Assembly (NCBI GenBank): GCA_028826165.1
Contig: JAPDFW010000059.1
Span: 310,001 to 374,000 of the forward strand
Origin: Anaeramoeba ignava BMAN
Lineage: Eukaryota > Protista > Anaeramoebae
DNA: 64,000 bases
Direction: 5' to 3'
How positions within the stretch are numbered: position 1 is the stretch's first letter; every line of letters starts with the position of its first letter. Positions 1-14,684 of the stretch are shown piece by piece. Position numbers and translations under genes: made by a program. The notes under the pieces are model-generated. The model was given only the letters and a program-made list of their open reading frames with translations, was not told the DNA's origin and did not search any database.

Positions 1-45
1 AAAATTTAAAATTTAAAATTTAAAATTTTAAATTTTAAAAAAAAG

Positions 46-445
46 ATGATCTTATTATTCTTGAAGATACAATTACAGTTTTTCAAAAGTATCCTCAATT
101 TATAATTTATGCAACAACTTCTAAAAATGAAAATGAACTTGCTTTACAAAAAGTTCTTGATACAATAAATCGAACTTTTGAAAAAATTTTTCGGTAAAAA
201 ATAAATAAAAATAAAAAATAAAAATAAAAATAAAAAATTTTAATTTAAAAAATAAAAGAGATGAAATGGATCTTGAAATAATTCTTGTTAATTTAGATGT
301 TGTTATTTTGGTTTTTGATGAAATTGTTGATCGTGGTCTTGTTTTTGAAATTGATGAATCTCTTATTGCAGAAAGAACTTTAATTAAAGAAGAAAGTTCA
401 CAATCTTTAACTGATATGATTTTTGGTGCTTTTTTTAGGAAATGA
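46..445 (+). CDS. COPZ: Coatomer zeta subunit-like (longin/sigma-adaptin fold); last two exons, 5' part outside the window
   Basis: Manual translation of exons 46-193 and 259-445 (intron 194-258, GT..AAG): DLIILEDTITVFQK..KNENELALQKVL..NLDVVILVFDEIVDRGLVFEIDE..RK*. This matches the zeta-COP motifs ENELIL and LDEIVDGGIILETD. Confidence 0.8.
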
Positions 446-620
446 ATTTATTTTTATTTTTAAACAAAAAGAAGAATAAAAACTAAAAGAAAAGATTTTA
501 AAACAATTTAAATAAAAATTTAAAATGATATTTTTTGTTTTTTTTTTATTAAATTAAATTTGAATAATTTGGAAAGAACAAAATAAATTTATTGATTCCA
601 CCTTTTTTTTTGAAATTAAA

Positions 621-3534
621 TTAATCATCATTTTCATTTTCATTATCATTTTCATTTAAATTATCATTTTCATTTATATTATCTAATTCAATTTCATTAT
701 CATTTTCATTTTCTAATTTAATTTCATTATCATTTTCATTTTCATTATCATTTTCATTATCATTTTCATTTTCATTTTGATTATTATCACTTGTACTTAA
801 AGATTCATTATCAATATTTTCAAGTTTTTCAATTCCTTCAATTTTAACAGGAATAAAAGAATAAACTAAGAAATAAACATATGTATTAAAAGGTCCAAAA
901 AGAAGTAGAAACCATAAAGAAGTGACTTGATTTGCATTAAAGAATTCAGCAATAAGATAAGAAACTGTTATTATAAAAACAATAGTTGATAATAAGAAAA
1001 AAGTCAAAAATCCATTTTTCTTTTGAGGAAACATTTTAATTTCTCGAAAAGCTCGATAAACTGTATAAAAAATCCATAAAAGATAAATAATTAATAAAAT
1101 ATCGCTTATAATTGTTAAAGTTTTAAATGCAGGAAGATCTTTTCCTTCATCATATTGTGGATCTGTTTTTAAATGTGAAATTGAAATGATTTCCATAATG
1201 AAAAATATTATAAAAATTAATGATAAAAGGATAATTTTAGGAAGATAAAACCAGCGAAAGGAAATTTCTTTTCGACTCTTTTTTTTTGAATTTAAAATTA
1301 TTTTTGATTTAAAATTATTTTTGATTTAAAATTTTTTTTGATTTAAAATTATTTTTGATTTAAAATTATTTTTGATTTAAAATTATTTTTGATTTAAAAT
1401 TTTTACAAATCGAAATGAATCAAAAACTGAAAGCCAAAAAAGAAATAAAAGAATAATAAAACTTCCTCTAAAGAAAAGTTCGAAAAAATTAGGAATTGAA
1501 CTTTTTACAAGAGCTGTTGTTGGAAAAAATGGATCTATATTGAATAATTTTTAAATATTTTTTGAATAATTTTTAAATATTTATTGAATATTTTATTGAA
1601 TATTTATTGAATAATTTATTGAATATTTATTGAATATTTATTGAATAATTTTTGAATAATTTTTGAATAATTATTGAATAATTATTGAATAATTTATTGA
1701 ATATTTTATTAAATATTTATTGAATAATTATTGAATATTTATTGAATAATTATTGAATAATTATTGAATATTTATTGAATATTTTATTCTTTTATGTTTT
1801 TTTTTGTTTAAATACTATTGAAAAAAAATATTCCAAATAATAAAATTGTTTGCCATTTTTGTTCTTGAGATAATTCTTTCCAATAAATTCCATTAGTTTG
1901 ATGTGCCCAAAGAAATAATGCTGAAAGGGAGAACATGATAAAAACATAACCAAAAACAAGTCTAAAAGTAGTAAAATTTTTGTTATAAAATTCATACTAA
2001 AAATTAAAAAATTAAAATTAAAAATAAAATTAAATTTAAATTAATATTAAAATTAAAATTAAAATTAAATTTAAATTAAAATTAAAATTAAAATTAAATT
2101 TAAATTAAAATTAAAATTAAAATTAAATTTAAATTAAAATTAAAATTAAATTACATCAAAAATTGCAAGATCAAATAAACTTTGAGTTCCTGAAACATTC
2201 AAAAAAAATTCATATTCTGAATATTCAATGAATGGTTCATGAACAAAATAAACTTTTTTACAATCTACACCTCTCTATTTTTTTTTAATAAATAATTTTG
2301 TTTTGTTTTGTTTTGTTTTGTTTTGAGAAAAATTGAATGGAAATTTTTCTTTTTGGAAAAATATTTACATCACAAACAATATCTCTTTTATGTTCACTTT
2401 TTGAAGAAACTAAACTCCAACTATCTGAAGAGGATTGTCTTCCATATAATTCCAAATCAAATATTACTTGTGTTACAATATCAATTGGTTGTGAATTTTG
2501 AAATCGGATTCCTATCATTAATTCCAAGTTCATTCTATCTAAATCATTAATTTCTCCATACATTTGAATATCATTCTAATTTGAATATTTATATTAATTT
2601 GAATATTTATTTTAATAATTAATTTTAATTTGGATATTAAATATTTATATTAATAATTAATTTTAATTTGGATATTAAATATAATAAATATATTTATATT
2701 TATATTAATAATTAATTTTAATTTGTATATTAAATAGAGATTATAAATATAATTATATTTATATTAATAATTAATTTTAATTTGGATATTAAATGGAGAT
2801 TGTAAATATAATTATATTTATATTGATAATTAATTTTAATTTGGATATTAAATGGAGATTATAAATATAATTATATTTATATTGATAATTAATTTTATTT
2901 GGATATTAAATAGAAATTGTAAATATAATTATTTAATTATATTTAAATAGAAATTGTAAATATAATTAATTTTAATTTGGATATTAAATAGAAATTGTAA
3001 ATATAATTATATTTATATTTATAATTAATTTTAATTTGGATATTAAATAAAGTTATAAATAATTTTAAATTATAATTATATTGATAATTAATTTTAATTT
3101 GGATATTAAATAGAAATTGTAAATATAATTATAATTAATTTTATATTGATATTAAATAATTAATTTTAATTTGGATATTAAATATAGATTGTAAATATAA
3201 TTATATTTATATTGATAATTAATTTTAATTTGGATATTAAATGGGGATTATAAATATAATTATATTTATATTAATAATTAATTTTAATTTGGATATTAAA
3301 TGGGGATTATAAATATAATTATATTTATATTAATAATTAATTTTAATTTGGATATTAAATGGGGATTTACATCAGGATGAAATTGAACATTTTTAATTTG
3401 TGTTTGCATAACAACAGGACCTGCTGCTCCAATTCCAAGTGAAACTAAAACCAAAATTAAAAAAGTAAAAAAAAAATTAAAATATGTTTTCTAGAAAAAT
3501 TTGCTGAACGAGTTGTAATAAAAGATTCTTTCAT
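621..3534 (-). CDS. TMEM181: TMEM181 (GPR178)/Wntless-like multipass membrane protein, about 6 exons
   Basis: Spliced translation contains SRKH..GIGAAGPVV, WKELSQEQKWQTILL..PFFP, FWLSVFDSFR, FYLPK and FGPFNTYVYFLVYSFIP, all collinear with TMEM181 motifs. Acidic (EN)n tail. One frame break in a T-run near 3470. Confidence 0.8.
1288..1403. repeat. Intronic 17-bp tandem repeat (TTGATTTAAAATTATTT)n
   Basis: About 7 copies visible inside a TMEM181 intron. Confidence 0.9.
1540..1790. repeat. Intronic 10-12-bp tandem repeat, TTATTGAATA-type
   Basis: Direct inspection. Confidence 0.85.
2578..3368. repeat. Intronic 59-bp minisatellite filling TMEM181 intron 1
   Basis: GGGGATT recurs at 3243, 3302 and 3361 (period 59). 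Degenerate copies with core TTAATTTTAATTTGGATATTAAAT continue down to about 2590. Confidence 0.9.
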
Positions 3535-3635
3535 AGTTTTAATAAAAAATAAAAAATAAAAAATGAAAAAAAAATTTTTGAAAAATATTTTTTCATTTTT
3601 TTCATTTTATATTTTTGTTTTTTATTTGAGAAACA

Positions 3636-6600
3636 ATGATGAATAAACTGTAAAAAAAAATAAATTTAAAATTTAAATCTGATTTCAAATATGAAGAAAT
3701 TACAGATTTGTCACTACCTCTGAGTTTCTCAATTTAAAAATTAAAAATTTACAAAAAAAATTAATAAAAATTTTTTTTGATTTTTTTTTTTCATTTTTTT
3801 TTGTTTAATTTTTTATTTGTTAAATTTAAAATTATCTTTAATTCTTTTATTTTCTTTTATTTTCTTTTAATTTCTTATGTCAAAAAATAATTTAATTTTA
3901 ATTGAATTATTCAATCAAAGAAACAAAAAAGAATTTCAAGTAAAAAAATTTAAATAAAAAATTTTAGTTTAAAAAATTTAAATAAAAATTTAAATTAAAA
4001 TTAAATTCTTTCTTAAAAAAATAAAATTAAAAAGAATAATGATATTCTTTGGTTTATTTCTTTAACTAATCTTATTATTAAAGAACAAGAAAAATTTCAA
4101 TCAAATTATAAAGAGAGCAAAAATATTATCATTAAAGAAAAAAAACCAAAAAAGAAAAAGAAAAGAAAATTTATATTTTTTACAAAGAAATCCACAAAAA
4201 AACTTGAATTTATGGACAGTTTTATATTAGCAAGTTTCCAAATGCTAAATTATTTAGAAAATTTTTTAAAAAGTAAAATTCCAAAAAAAAGAAAAAAAGA
4301 AAAAAAAGAAAGAAAGAAAAAAAGTTTTTTTCAATTTAAAATTCCTTTTTTTAATTTTTATTTTTGCTTTTATTTTTGCTTTTAGATTCACTTTTTTCCG
4401 AAATTATTTCAAAACAAATTGAATTAATTTCAACAAAAAAAGAAAAGAGAAAACAGGAATTTATTATCACAAATGAAAACAAAATTAGTGAATTTCAACT
4501 TATTATTCTTTTAGATCTTTTTGAAAATTTATCAAGACATGTTGAATATCAATCAATTTTAATTTCAAATAATTTAGTGAATCATATCAATAATTTTATC
4601 ATTTTGTCAAAATATTTATTAGAAAAAGAAATTGAAGAAGTAGAGTGTTTTAATAAGAAATTAAATCAAAAAAAAAAAAGAAAAAGAAGAATAACATTTT
4701 CCATTTTTTATTTTTGATTTATTTTATTTTTTTTCTATTTTGTTTTTGAATAGAATGATCTTACAAATTGTTTTTCTGAAAAATTGTTTTTTTTGCAAAT
4801 ATTTTTATCATGGATTACAAAAGTTATTTCGAATATTTTTACAAAAAATACTATTATTCAAGAAAATTCTTTTATTGCAAAACCAATTCTTATCAGTTTT
4901 ATTCAACAAATAACAAATTTAAACATTTTTGAAAAACTAATTGGTTTGATAATTAAAAATTAATTTGGAAAATTAAATTCAAATATAAATTCAAAAACAA
5001 ATATGAAAATTATAAAAACAAATTAGATCTCTTGATTTTAACTCAACAATTAAGGAAAAGATTTGTTTTCACTTCAAGACAATATGATATTAAATTATCT
5101 CTTATGATTACTTTAGGCTCGTTTATTTCATTTTTGAAAATTGATAGAAAAGAAGCTGAAATGGTGATTGATATTCTTTTAAAAAATTTTGAGGATCCTT
5201 TATTAAATGTTTCAAATTACATGGGAATAACATCAAAAAAAATAGAAGAAAAAGGAAAGATTATTATCAATAACTTAGAATACAAACAAATATCAAAATG
5301 TGTTTGTGAAGAAAACCAAGAAATTATGAAAAAATTGATAAATGAAAACATTCCAATTTCAAAAAAAGAAATGAATATTTTTGAAATTCAAGTATCTTTA
5401 TTTGCATTACAATTATTTCAGAATTTAATCAAAAATCACCCACATGTTGAAGTGATGATTTTGAATAAACTTACAAACCAACTTCATTTAAAAGAGTTGA
5501 TTTTTTGGATCATTTCTACATTTATTGAAGAAAAACCAATAACAAACAAACCGAAATTGATCAAGAATTTGAATCCAGAAAAATTGCCAAAAAATACTAA
5601 ATTGCATCCTAGAGCTTATATTAATTTTCTTTTTGTTATCCCCAATTCAATAGAAAAAAAATCACCTCTAATTTCAGTTTCAATTGAAATTTCAAAGATT
5701 GAGCATTCATTTGGACAAATAACAGAATGTATTGGAAATCCAAGGAAAGGTATTTAAAAATTTATTTAAAAATCTATTTAAAAATTTATTTATAAATCTA
5801 TTTAAAAATTTATTTATAAATTTATTTAAAAATTTATTTAAAAATTTATTTAAAAATTTATTTAAAAATTTATTTAAAAATTTATTTAAAAATCGGATAA
5901 AAATTTATTTAAAAATTTATTTAAAAATTTATTTATAAATTTATTTAAAAATTTATTTATAAATCTATTTATAAATTTATTTCAAAATTTATTTAAAAAT
6001 CTATTTATAAATTTATTTAAAAATTTATTTAAAAATTTATTTATAAATTTATTTTAGATTTGGGTTTAACTGAAAAAATTGAACCTAGTTTTATCAAAGA
6101 AAATGAAGAAAAAGATTCAATTCTTCAAATCCCTCAAATTAAAATCCCACAAACAAATCCACATTTAGATCAATTATTTTTTACTATTGAACAAATTTGT
6201 ACTCAAAGTTGTCAAAATTCAAAAATAATTACAAAGGAAAATCAAGAAGAAAAATCGAAACAAAAAACAAAAATTAACAAAGAAATTGAATATAATGAAA
6301 ATATACTCAGTAAACTTTCATTGAATCAAGAAGAATCACAGAACAAATTACCTGAAATTATCATTCAACATTTAATCAATTTTTTTCTAAGATTAAAAAA
6401 TGCAGAAAATCAAGATGTATATTATTATTGTCTTAATAATCCAGAACTACAAACTCTTTTCTTGAGAATGATTGATAATTATCTTCTTAATAATGGATCA
6501 GTTAAAATATTCCGAAATCAATCTTTTTGGAATGTTATGTTTTCTGAATTATTCAATATTTCTTTGCATAAAGTAATATTTTTATTTATTAATTTATTAA

Positions 6601-9600
6601 TTTAATTTATTAATTATTAATTTAAATTTTTATTTAATAATAAAAAGAAAATGTTTGAAGATTTTGTCCCAAATTCAAAAAGAATTTATCAAGGAATGAA
6701 AAATTTTATTAATAGTTTATTTGAATACACAATTATCAAATATCAAGCTCCAGAAATTTTAGAATTCATGCTAAAAATGATTGCAAATCTTTCAAGCGAT
6801 TATCACGATCACTTTGAATACATTCGAATTTTGAAAAGAATCTTATCACCATCAATAATAACAAATACAGAACTCTCGCGTTATTGTTTTTCAATTGTAG
6901 TTCAATTGGGAAATATTATTTTACAACCGACAAAAGAGATTCAAAATATAAATGAGGATGAACAACTGAAAATGAAGGCGAAATTGGTGAAAAAAATTTT
7001 GGAACTTTTGGATCAACTTTTGATTTCAAGTAAAACAATCATTATTGTTTTTGAACGCATATCATTTATCAGGTTTTTGATGAGGCTACTTGATAACCCT
7101 CTTTTAAAGGATTTTGTGTTTTATCATTTTAAACGGATTATGGATGAAACTTTGAGCAAAACAAAGTTATATCATGTATTCTATGTGATGATTTTGGAGA
7201 AGATACGAGAGCTTGGAGGAACGCTCCACAAGTTTCAGGAAAAGTCTTCTCAACATGAATACGTAATTTCTCTCCTTTGCGAGATTCTTGAGTTATGTGT
7301 GCGAGCAATTATGGAGAACGAAAGCGTGATGAGACACCAATTCATTGACGCGGGTGCATTTTCGGCATTAGAAAATCTTCTTCAACAACGGATTAACTCA
7401 GACGAACTTCTGACAGACATTCTGCACATGGTGATTGTTCTCACAAGAGGAAAGCGCAAATTCATGTTGAAGTTCAATACTGAAATAGGATATGACAAAC
7501 TGGGGGTGTTGTTGTCGAACACTCAAGCAGCACCGAGATTATTATATGATTTTTTATTTCGTTTACTTGTTAATAATGACAGCTCAAAATCTTTAAGTGT
7601 GAATTTCATAATTGATAATCCAGATATCATCATGCTGATGTTCAATATGTTCTGTTCATTTGGAAAAGACACCCAAAACATCCCTGCTAATTCACGCTTA
7701 TCGATGGCTGTGGAGCTTCTGCAGACTTTCGATATGATTTGTCGTAGATCTGTGCACAACATCTCATGTTGCTGCAATGTTGGATTGGTAAATTTTCTTT
7801 TATTGCAAGTGCCAAATGCAATTGACATGGAGATTCGTGAACATCTCCTCAGATTGGTTGTTGTTCTTGGATCGCATCGGATGACTGTTCCTGAATTGAA
7901 GAATTTTTTCTTTATTGTGAATGAATTTTCAAAACAAAAGGAATATTTTTGGATTTTGCGTCTTTTGCAAATTCTCTCAGAAATGCTTGGTAAAACACAT
8001 CAAGGTCCAGGCTCTTTCTTTGATTTTGATGGCCGATATTCTAGTCTCGAACTTCCTGTTGTGGATGATTGGCCATCGCCTAAGGGATATTCTTTTTGCT
8101 CTTGGATAAGAGTGGAAAGTATTGATTCTCCACTTGATCAACATGATTATGAACCAAGAATATTCAGTTTTCTGAACGAACAAGAACAAGGAATAGAACT
8201 TTATTTATATCCCCAAAATAACGCCATTAACGGCGCAATCGGAATTGAATTCCGGATACATAATAACACTCCAAATGCAAAAGATGATGGATTTTTAAAT
8301 TGTGAACCAAAGATAAACGAAGTAAGTGTTGGAAGATGGTTTTTTATTGCTGTTACACACAACTTTTCCAAGAAATCGCGTTATAACACATTCATTTACA
8401 TCAACGGAGATCCTTTTGCCTTTGCTTCGTTGAAATATCCCGTCTTCTCCTCCCCTCTCACTTACAACCGTATCGGAGGAGCAAAACTATATTATCCAAA
8501 ACCAAATTCTCATCAAAGAGAAAAATCAAAAAATATCGAAGATCCAAAAAATATCCAATCAAATAGTTTGGATACTTCGGAAAAAAACACAAGTTTTGAT
8601 AATTCCGAAAGACATGATAGCTTCGATAAGCATGAATTAAGACATAGTTTTGACCAAAGCTTGAGCGATAGTTTTGATCAAAGAATCCTCGATGAAAAAC
8701 AAAATGTGGAAAACAAAAATCACAAAAGAAAGAAGAAGAAAAATTCACAAAATGATTTTGAGTCACAAAATCTATTCTATGGACAAATAGGAACGCTGAA
8801 TTTTTTCAACGAAGCACTAACCGCGGATCAAATTAAAGGAATATATGAAATTGGGTCAGATTACCAGTCATTTTTTTATTCAAACGATCTTCCTCACGAA
8901 AAAGCGGAAAGAGATACTTTTATTGAGGCTGCGCTAGATGGATCTTTATCGAGTAAAATATATCTCAATCTCACAAGCAAAGCATCAGAAGAAACTCTAT
9001 GCCACAATCAGAGTCCTGTGAGCACATGGAAAAACCCTGCGAAAATTCGTGGGATGGTCAAGTGTTTCTCGATCAGAATCCAGGAAATCTTTTACTGTTT
9101 GGGAGGAGTCAAAATATTATTTCCTCTTCTTGCCCAACTCGATCAGGAGGATCAGAACCCGCTCAACCTCCTCAATTCCAATATTTCTCGTGAACAATAT
9201 GATTCTGTTCAGGATTTTGAAATTAGAATTTGCAGACAAATTTTTGTCATTTTAACCGATATTCTTGTCTTGAACAGTTTCAATCAGAAGGATATGATCC
9301 AATCATTTGGATTCTCAATAATTTCGCATATTCTCAAGTCCAAGGACTCAAGATTCATTTCACAAGAAATGCTCGAATCGATCCAAAAATTGGTTCTTGA
9401 AACGAATGATTTCAAATTTACAAAATCACTTGTGACTGATTTTTTGATGGATTTTGATATTTGGATCTATTGTCCATCTCAAATCCAACATCAACTTCTC
9501 CAGATATTAGGATTGTTTCTCAGATCTCAACAACAAAAAATCAGCCAGAATCAAGGCGATGTTTATTTGTTTTTCCGCGTATCTAATCTTGTTGATATTT

Positions 9601-12600
9601 TGAAAATTTACTATTGGATCGAACCCAATGCTCATTCTCGCGGTGTTTCAAGCAGAATAGACTCTGAAACAGGCAAAGTTCTTGGAACTCGACCATCGCG
9701 CTCTGAAATTTTAGAGCTTCGAGAAGTGTTTTTCCATCTCATTGAACTTCTTCTGAATGTTGAATCAAATGGAGAAATTCGGAACCAAAATTTTGATTTT
9801 TTAATTGTTCAGTGTTTTATTGTTGAGAAGGATTTTGCTTACAAAATACTGCTGATAATACATCATCTTTTGGTGAAAATGGTCGATAAGTTTATCGATG
9901 CTTTGATTGCTGTTGGGTTTATGGATCCTTTTATTGCTTTAATTCAAAAATACCCACAAAATTATGAAATTCGTGATTTGTGTTTCCAGATTATTAAAAT
10001 ACTTTCTTTTTTCCAAGACAAAATATCAACATCATCAAACTCGCCATCCAAAGGCACAATAAAAACCTTGAAGAAAATAAATGTTGATTCGCGTCTTTTG
10101 GTGGAAAACGGATATAGTCTTATTCATCATCTCATTTCAAATTCCAAAATGACTCAAATTGTTTTGGATACAATGCTTAGTTTAATAATCAAACAAGTTG
10201 TTTCCAAAAATTCCAAGAAATTTCTTATTATTCGCCCTTATATCATCAAGACAATTACTTCTGCCGTTAATGTTAACCGAAATCCAATCGGTTTGAAAAC
10301 CATTTTGAAAGTGGAGCGATTGATTGATATTTCTGTTGAAAATCAAATGGAGTTGATTTCTCAATTTGGATGGCAAAAGTGGTTTCTTGATTTGATTGAT
10401 TTGGATAATGTTTCAGAATATCGATTTGGAGATTTTGAAGAAATTTTAAAGGAAGTATTGAGCAAGAATTATGGGGAAGATTTGGGAAATTTTGAAGAAA
10501 ATGCCAATCAGGATTTACAAATTATACAAGAAAATTTTCAAGAAGAATTAAAAAATTTAAATGAAAATATAAATATAAATGAAAATGAAAATATAAATAT
10601 AAATCAAGTCCCATTTATTAATTCTCAGGAAAAAGTTATATCAAATCCAACCCAAAAAGACAGCAAAGAAAAAGAAATTAGTAAAATTTGCTTTCCATAT
10701 TCTTATCAAAGTTCATGTGTTTCTTCTCTGGAAAAAAAAATATGGAACACAAATGCTTGAACAAACAGTCGCCTTTTTAAAATTAATTCATCACACAAAA
10801 TTCTCCCAATATCAAACACTCATCTACACACTCATATTTGAAGTACTTGGCCAAATAAGTGCAAAAAAATTAAGTCAAGGAGAAACTCCTCCAAAAATAT
10901 TCATCTCAAATCTTATAAATTTACTCATTTTTCTTGAAAACTTCGCAAATGTTGTTGATGAGGAAGAAAAGAAATCAACGGATTTAATGAATAAATTATT
11001 AACACCTATCCAAAATAAAAACCAACAACAAATAATTCCTGATGAGAAGGAACAATCACAAATAGAGGATCAAGGATATGAAGAAGAAGCAAAACAAGCA
11101 AAAGCAAATATGATTTTTCTGATACAAAATAAATCAATCATTTTGAGGAAATTGATATGGAAAATTTTGAATATTTTGGAAATGGTTGGGTTCTTCAATA
11201 AAAAAAGCATCAAAACAAAAGACCGAAACAAAAGCCAAAGCGCACATATAAGCGTGATAGTTTTTATATTAACGATGCTGTCTGAAACAAAAGAGGAAGA
11301 AGAATTTGAGAAATTGATAAGATGGATGAACTTGTTCAACAAAAACTCATTAATTTCGAAGCATAGAAAACAGAAGCATCGGGAAGCAACTCACATACTG
11401 ATCAGCACACTTTACATGCTTGTTGTTTCGGAGAGTAAAGGAGGGACTGTGGAAAGCAGAAGAGCAAAAACACTGATGGAAAATTTGTACAAAATTGAAG
11501 TGCAAAAAAAATTCTCTCTTGTGCAGAAACTAAAGCAGAAACACGGAGAAAGTGTTTTCCCAGAAAAAGATCCTCAAGAAGATACAGAAATGAAAATGAA
11601 TGAAGAGAAGTTTGCAAAAATACTTGCAGATCCAAACTTTAGAGCCGCAGCAAGATGGGAAATCAAAGAATTAAATGATTCCGCACAGAAAAATATTGCG
11701 GAAATAAGAGAGAAATACTCGCAAGAAATGGAGGAAAAAATGATGAACTTACGCGATTCAATTCTAAGCGAATATGAATACGAACGCAAAACAGCAAAAG
11801 CATTTGAAAATATTTTGGAAGAAAAAACAAAAGCGCAAGTCACAAAAGAAAATCAAAGAGTTCAGTTTCTTGAGAAAAGTAGAACAAAAAGAATGCGGTT
11901 CGTGTCGAAGAAATGTCGAATAATTATCCGAGAACTTGGATGTTGCGGGGGAATTTTGGATCAGGAAAGACCAAAATTGTATTACAAATTAGATCCAAAA
12001 GAAGACAATCAAAGAATGCGAAAAAAATTGAAAATAAACTTTCATTTTGACACTCACTATGATGCTTCAGTTAGACGGGATGAAAGAACACAACAATCCA
12101 CAGAGAAGCTTCTTGACGAGATGAAAAAGAAGCTTGTTCAACAAGCAAAGCAGTCTTTAACAGCGCTTGAAAAGACAATACAGAACTCGGATGGAAATGA
12201 AATGTCGGATGTCGACGAAGAAAGTAATGATACTGACATAGAGGAAAGTGAAATGGACATGGATGACTCGCACGATGATGCAGGGAGATTCCCACCAGCA
12301 AGAACACTTATGAGAACTCCGTGCGAGATGATCTCTCCTTTGAGAAAAATTGATGGAATGTTTGAAATAACCTCGCGAACTCTTGAATTCATCTCTGTCC
12401 CTAGAAAGCAGGAAGACATGGAAAACGGAACCGTTCCAGAAACAAAAGCACGCACATGGATTGTAGACGGAATCACTGCGATCCACAACCGAAGTCGGCT
12501 CTACAGACCCAGTGCTATTGAGATTTTTTTCGAAAACTCCAAAAGTGTTTTTATTAATTTTCCCGACATTTCTATCCGTAATAAAGTATTCCACAGAATC

Positions 12601-14565
12601 GCACATCACAAACGATTGCGATCTCTTAACAGACGTATCGAGACTCATTCAGGAACACCACGTTCTGTGCTGAAGAAGATGCAGCTCACACGAATGTGGC
12701 AATCTGGAGAAATTTGCAATTTTGATTACTTAATGAAACTCAACACAATTTCGGGACGCACTTACAACGACTTATCTCAATATCCAGTGTTTCCATGGAT
12801 CATTTCCGACTATGAATCTTCGGAACTTGATCTTCGCGATGCGAAAACATACCGCGATCTGTCGAAACCAATCGGCGCTTTGAATCCACAACGATTGCGT
12901 GATTTGACAGATCGGTATCGATCGTTTCCTCCCGATGAAATTCCATTTTACTACGGAACTCATTACTCCTCTGCCGCAATTGCGCTTTGGTATTTGATTC
13001 GAATTGAACCGTTCACAACTCTTGCAATTGATCTTCAAGGCGGCAAATTCGATCATCCCGACCGTTTGTTTTATTCGATCCCTGATACTTGGAAGGGTAT
13101 TTTTAATAATCCAGCGGATGTCAAAGAACTCATCCCAGAATTCTTCTATTTTCCCGAATTTCTTGAGAATTCAAACGGATTCAATCTTGGGAGTCTTGCT
13201 CGAAATCACGCAGACATCAGCGATATTGTGCTTCCGCCATGGGCAAAATCTCCCGAAATGTTTGTCCGAATCAACCGCGAAGCTCTTGAATCTGATTTTG
13301 TTTCCTTCCATTTAAATCAATGGATCGATCTTATTTTTGGATACAAACAATGCGGTGAAGAAGCCGCAAAAGCATACAATGTGTTCTATTATTTAACATA
13401 TCCCAATCTTGTGAATTTTTCTGGATTGAATTCACACGAAATAAAAGCAGTTGATACTCAAATCGAGTATTACGGACAAACACCAATACAACTTTTCCAC
13501 AAACCTCATCCTCAACGTTTTCCGCGCATTCCCACTCCGCGTTCTGATACGCTTCTTTCTAGCAGGAATAAATCCTCAGAATCTTTTGGAGCTTTCACGC
13601 TTTCTTTATCAGACTCACCGATCATTTTCCTCGGAATTTCCGAACCACCACAAGATCTTTCCTTTATCGGCGCCACAAATACTCTCATCACATTAGACGC
13701 CCAGCGCACTCTCGCAATCCACAAATGGGTTCCTGTTCGTACAAAATCAACCGCACCATTTACTTTTGAAGCCGATCCACTTTCCGGTCAAAAATCTCGG
13801 ATCGGAGTCTCATTTACATCCGGAATACGCTCTCTTTCCCCTTGTTTGGCAATTGCTCAAAACGCCCGCTTCTTACTTGCTTGTGGTTTCTGGGATGACT
13901 CCTTCAAGATCATTCACACAGAGTCTTGTAAAATGATCCAAAGTGTTCTCCATCATAAAAACACTGTTTCTTGTCTTGCTGTAGAGAACGACAGACTCAT
14001 CACAGGCTCACGTGACACAACCGTTCTTGTATGGTCTTTTAACACGAAAGAAGGTACCGTCTCGGATCAGCCAATTCATATCCTACATGCTCACAACGAC
14101 ACGGTTCTTTGTGTCGATCTCGACTTTTCTCTCGATGTTGTCGTCAGTGGATCTCGTGATGGATCTTGGTCTCTTCATGTTCTCTCTGATGGGAAATTTG
14201 TCAGATCAGTTTTGTCCCCCAAAAAACAAGTTTTCTCTATGATTAAAATTCTTCCTGATAGTTCTGTTGCCACTTTCTCTGAAACCGACAGATCTCTTTG
14301 TCTTTATACAATCAACGGTAAATTATTCGCTCAATCCGTTGTCGCTGATCAAGTACTTTCTTGGGCTTTTACTCCAGACTCTCACTTTGTTGTTCTTGGA
14401 GGCAAAAAAGGTGTTCTTCAAATTCGTTCTTTGAAAAACCTCAAAGTAATTCGTACTTTTGATCTTCATGTTCCTGTTCTTTCTCTTTCTTTAAGTTCAA
14501 ATCATAAGTTTCTTTTTGCTTCTCTTTCTTCTGGTCAAGTTTTTGTGACTATTTTGGATTTTTAA
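3636..14565 (+). CDS. BEACH-domain protein (neurobeachin/NBEAL/Lvs-like): ARM region, ConA/LamG-like domain, PH-BEACH-WD40
   Basis: WPSPKGYSFCSWIRVES (ConA-like), YCLGGVKILFPLL, NFDYLMKLNTISGRTYNDLSQYPVFPWII, YGTHYSS, GGKFDHPDRLF, DVKELIPEFF, WIDLIFGYKQ, YGQTPIQLF, then C-terminal WD40 repeats. The start ATG at 3636 and the small 5' exons are tentative. +1 frame break between about 10603 and 10700. Confidence 0.93.
5752..6055. repeat. Intronic 12-bp tandem repeat (TTTATTTAAAAA)n
   Basis: Fills the BEACH intron 5750-6057 and produces the spurious KNLF ORF. Confidence 0.9.
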
Positions 14566-14617
14566 ATAAAAATCAAAAAAAAAAAAAAACAAATGGAATA
14601 AATTTTTTTATTTATTT

Positions 14618-14678
14618 AAAAAAAGTGGAAGAAGAAAAAAATTTTTTTTTTCTTTCTTTTCAAAATTCCACTTTTTTT
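14618..14678. terminator. Imperfect inverted repeat between convergent stop codons; candidate 3'-end signal
   Basis: AAAAAAAGTGGAA (14618-14630) pairs with TTCCACTTTTTTT (14666-14678), with an inner GAAGAAAAAAA/TTTTTTTCTTTC arm. Confidence 0.35.
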
Positions 14679-14684
14679 TTTTTT

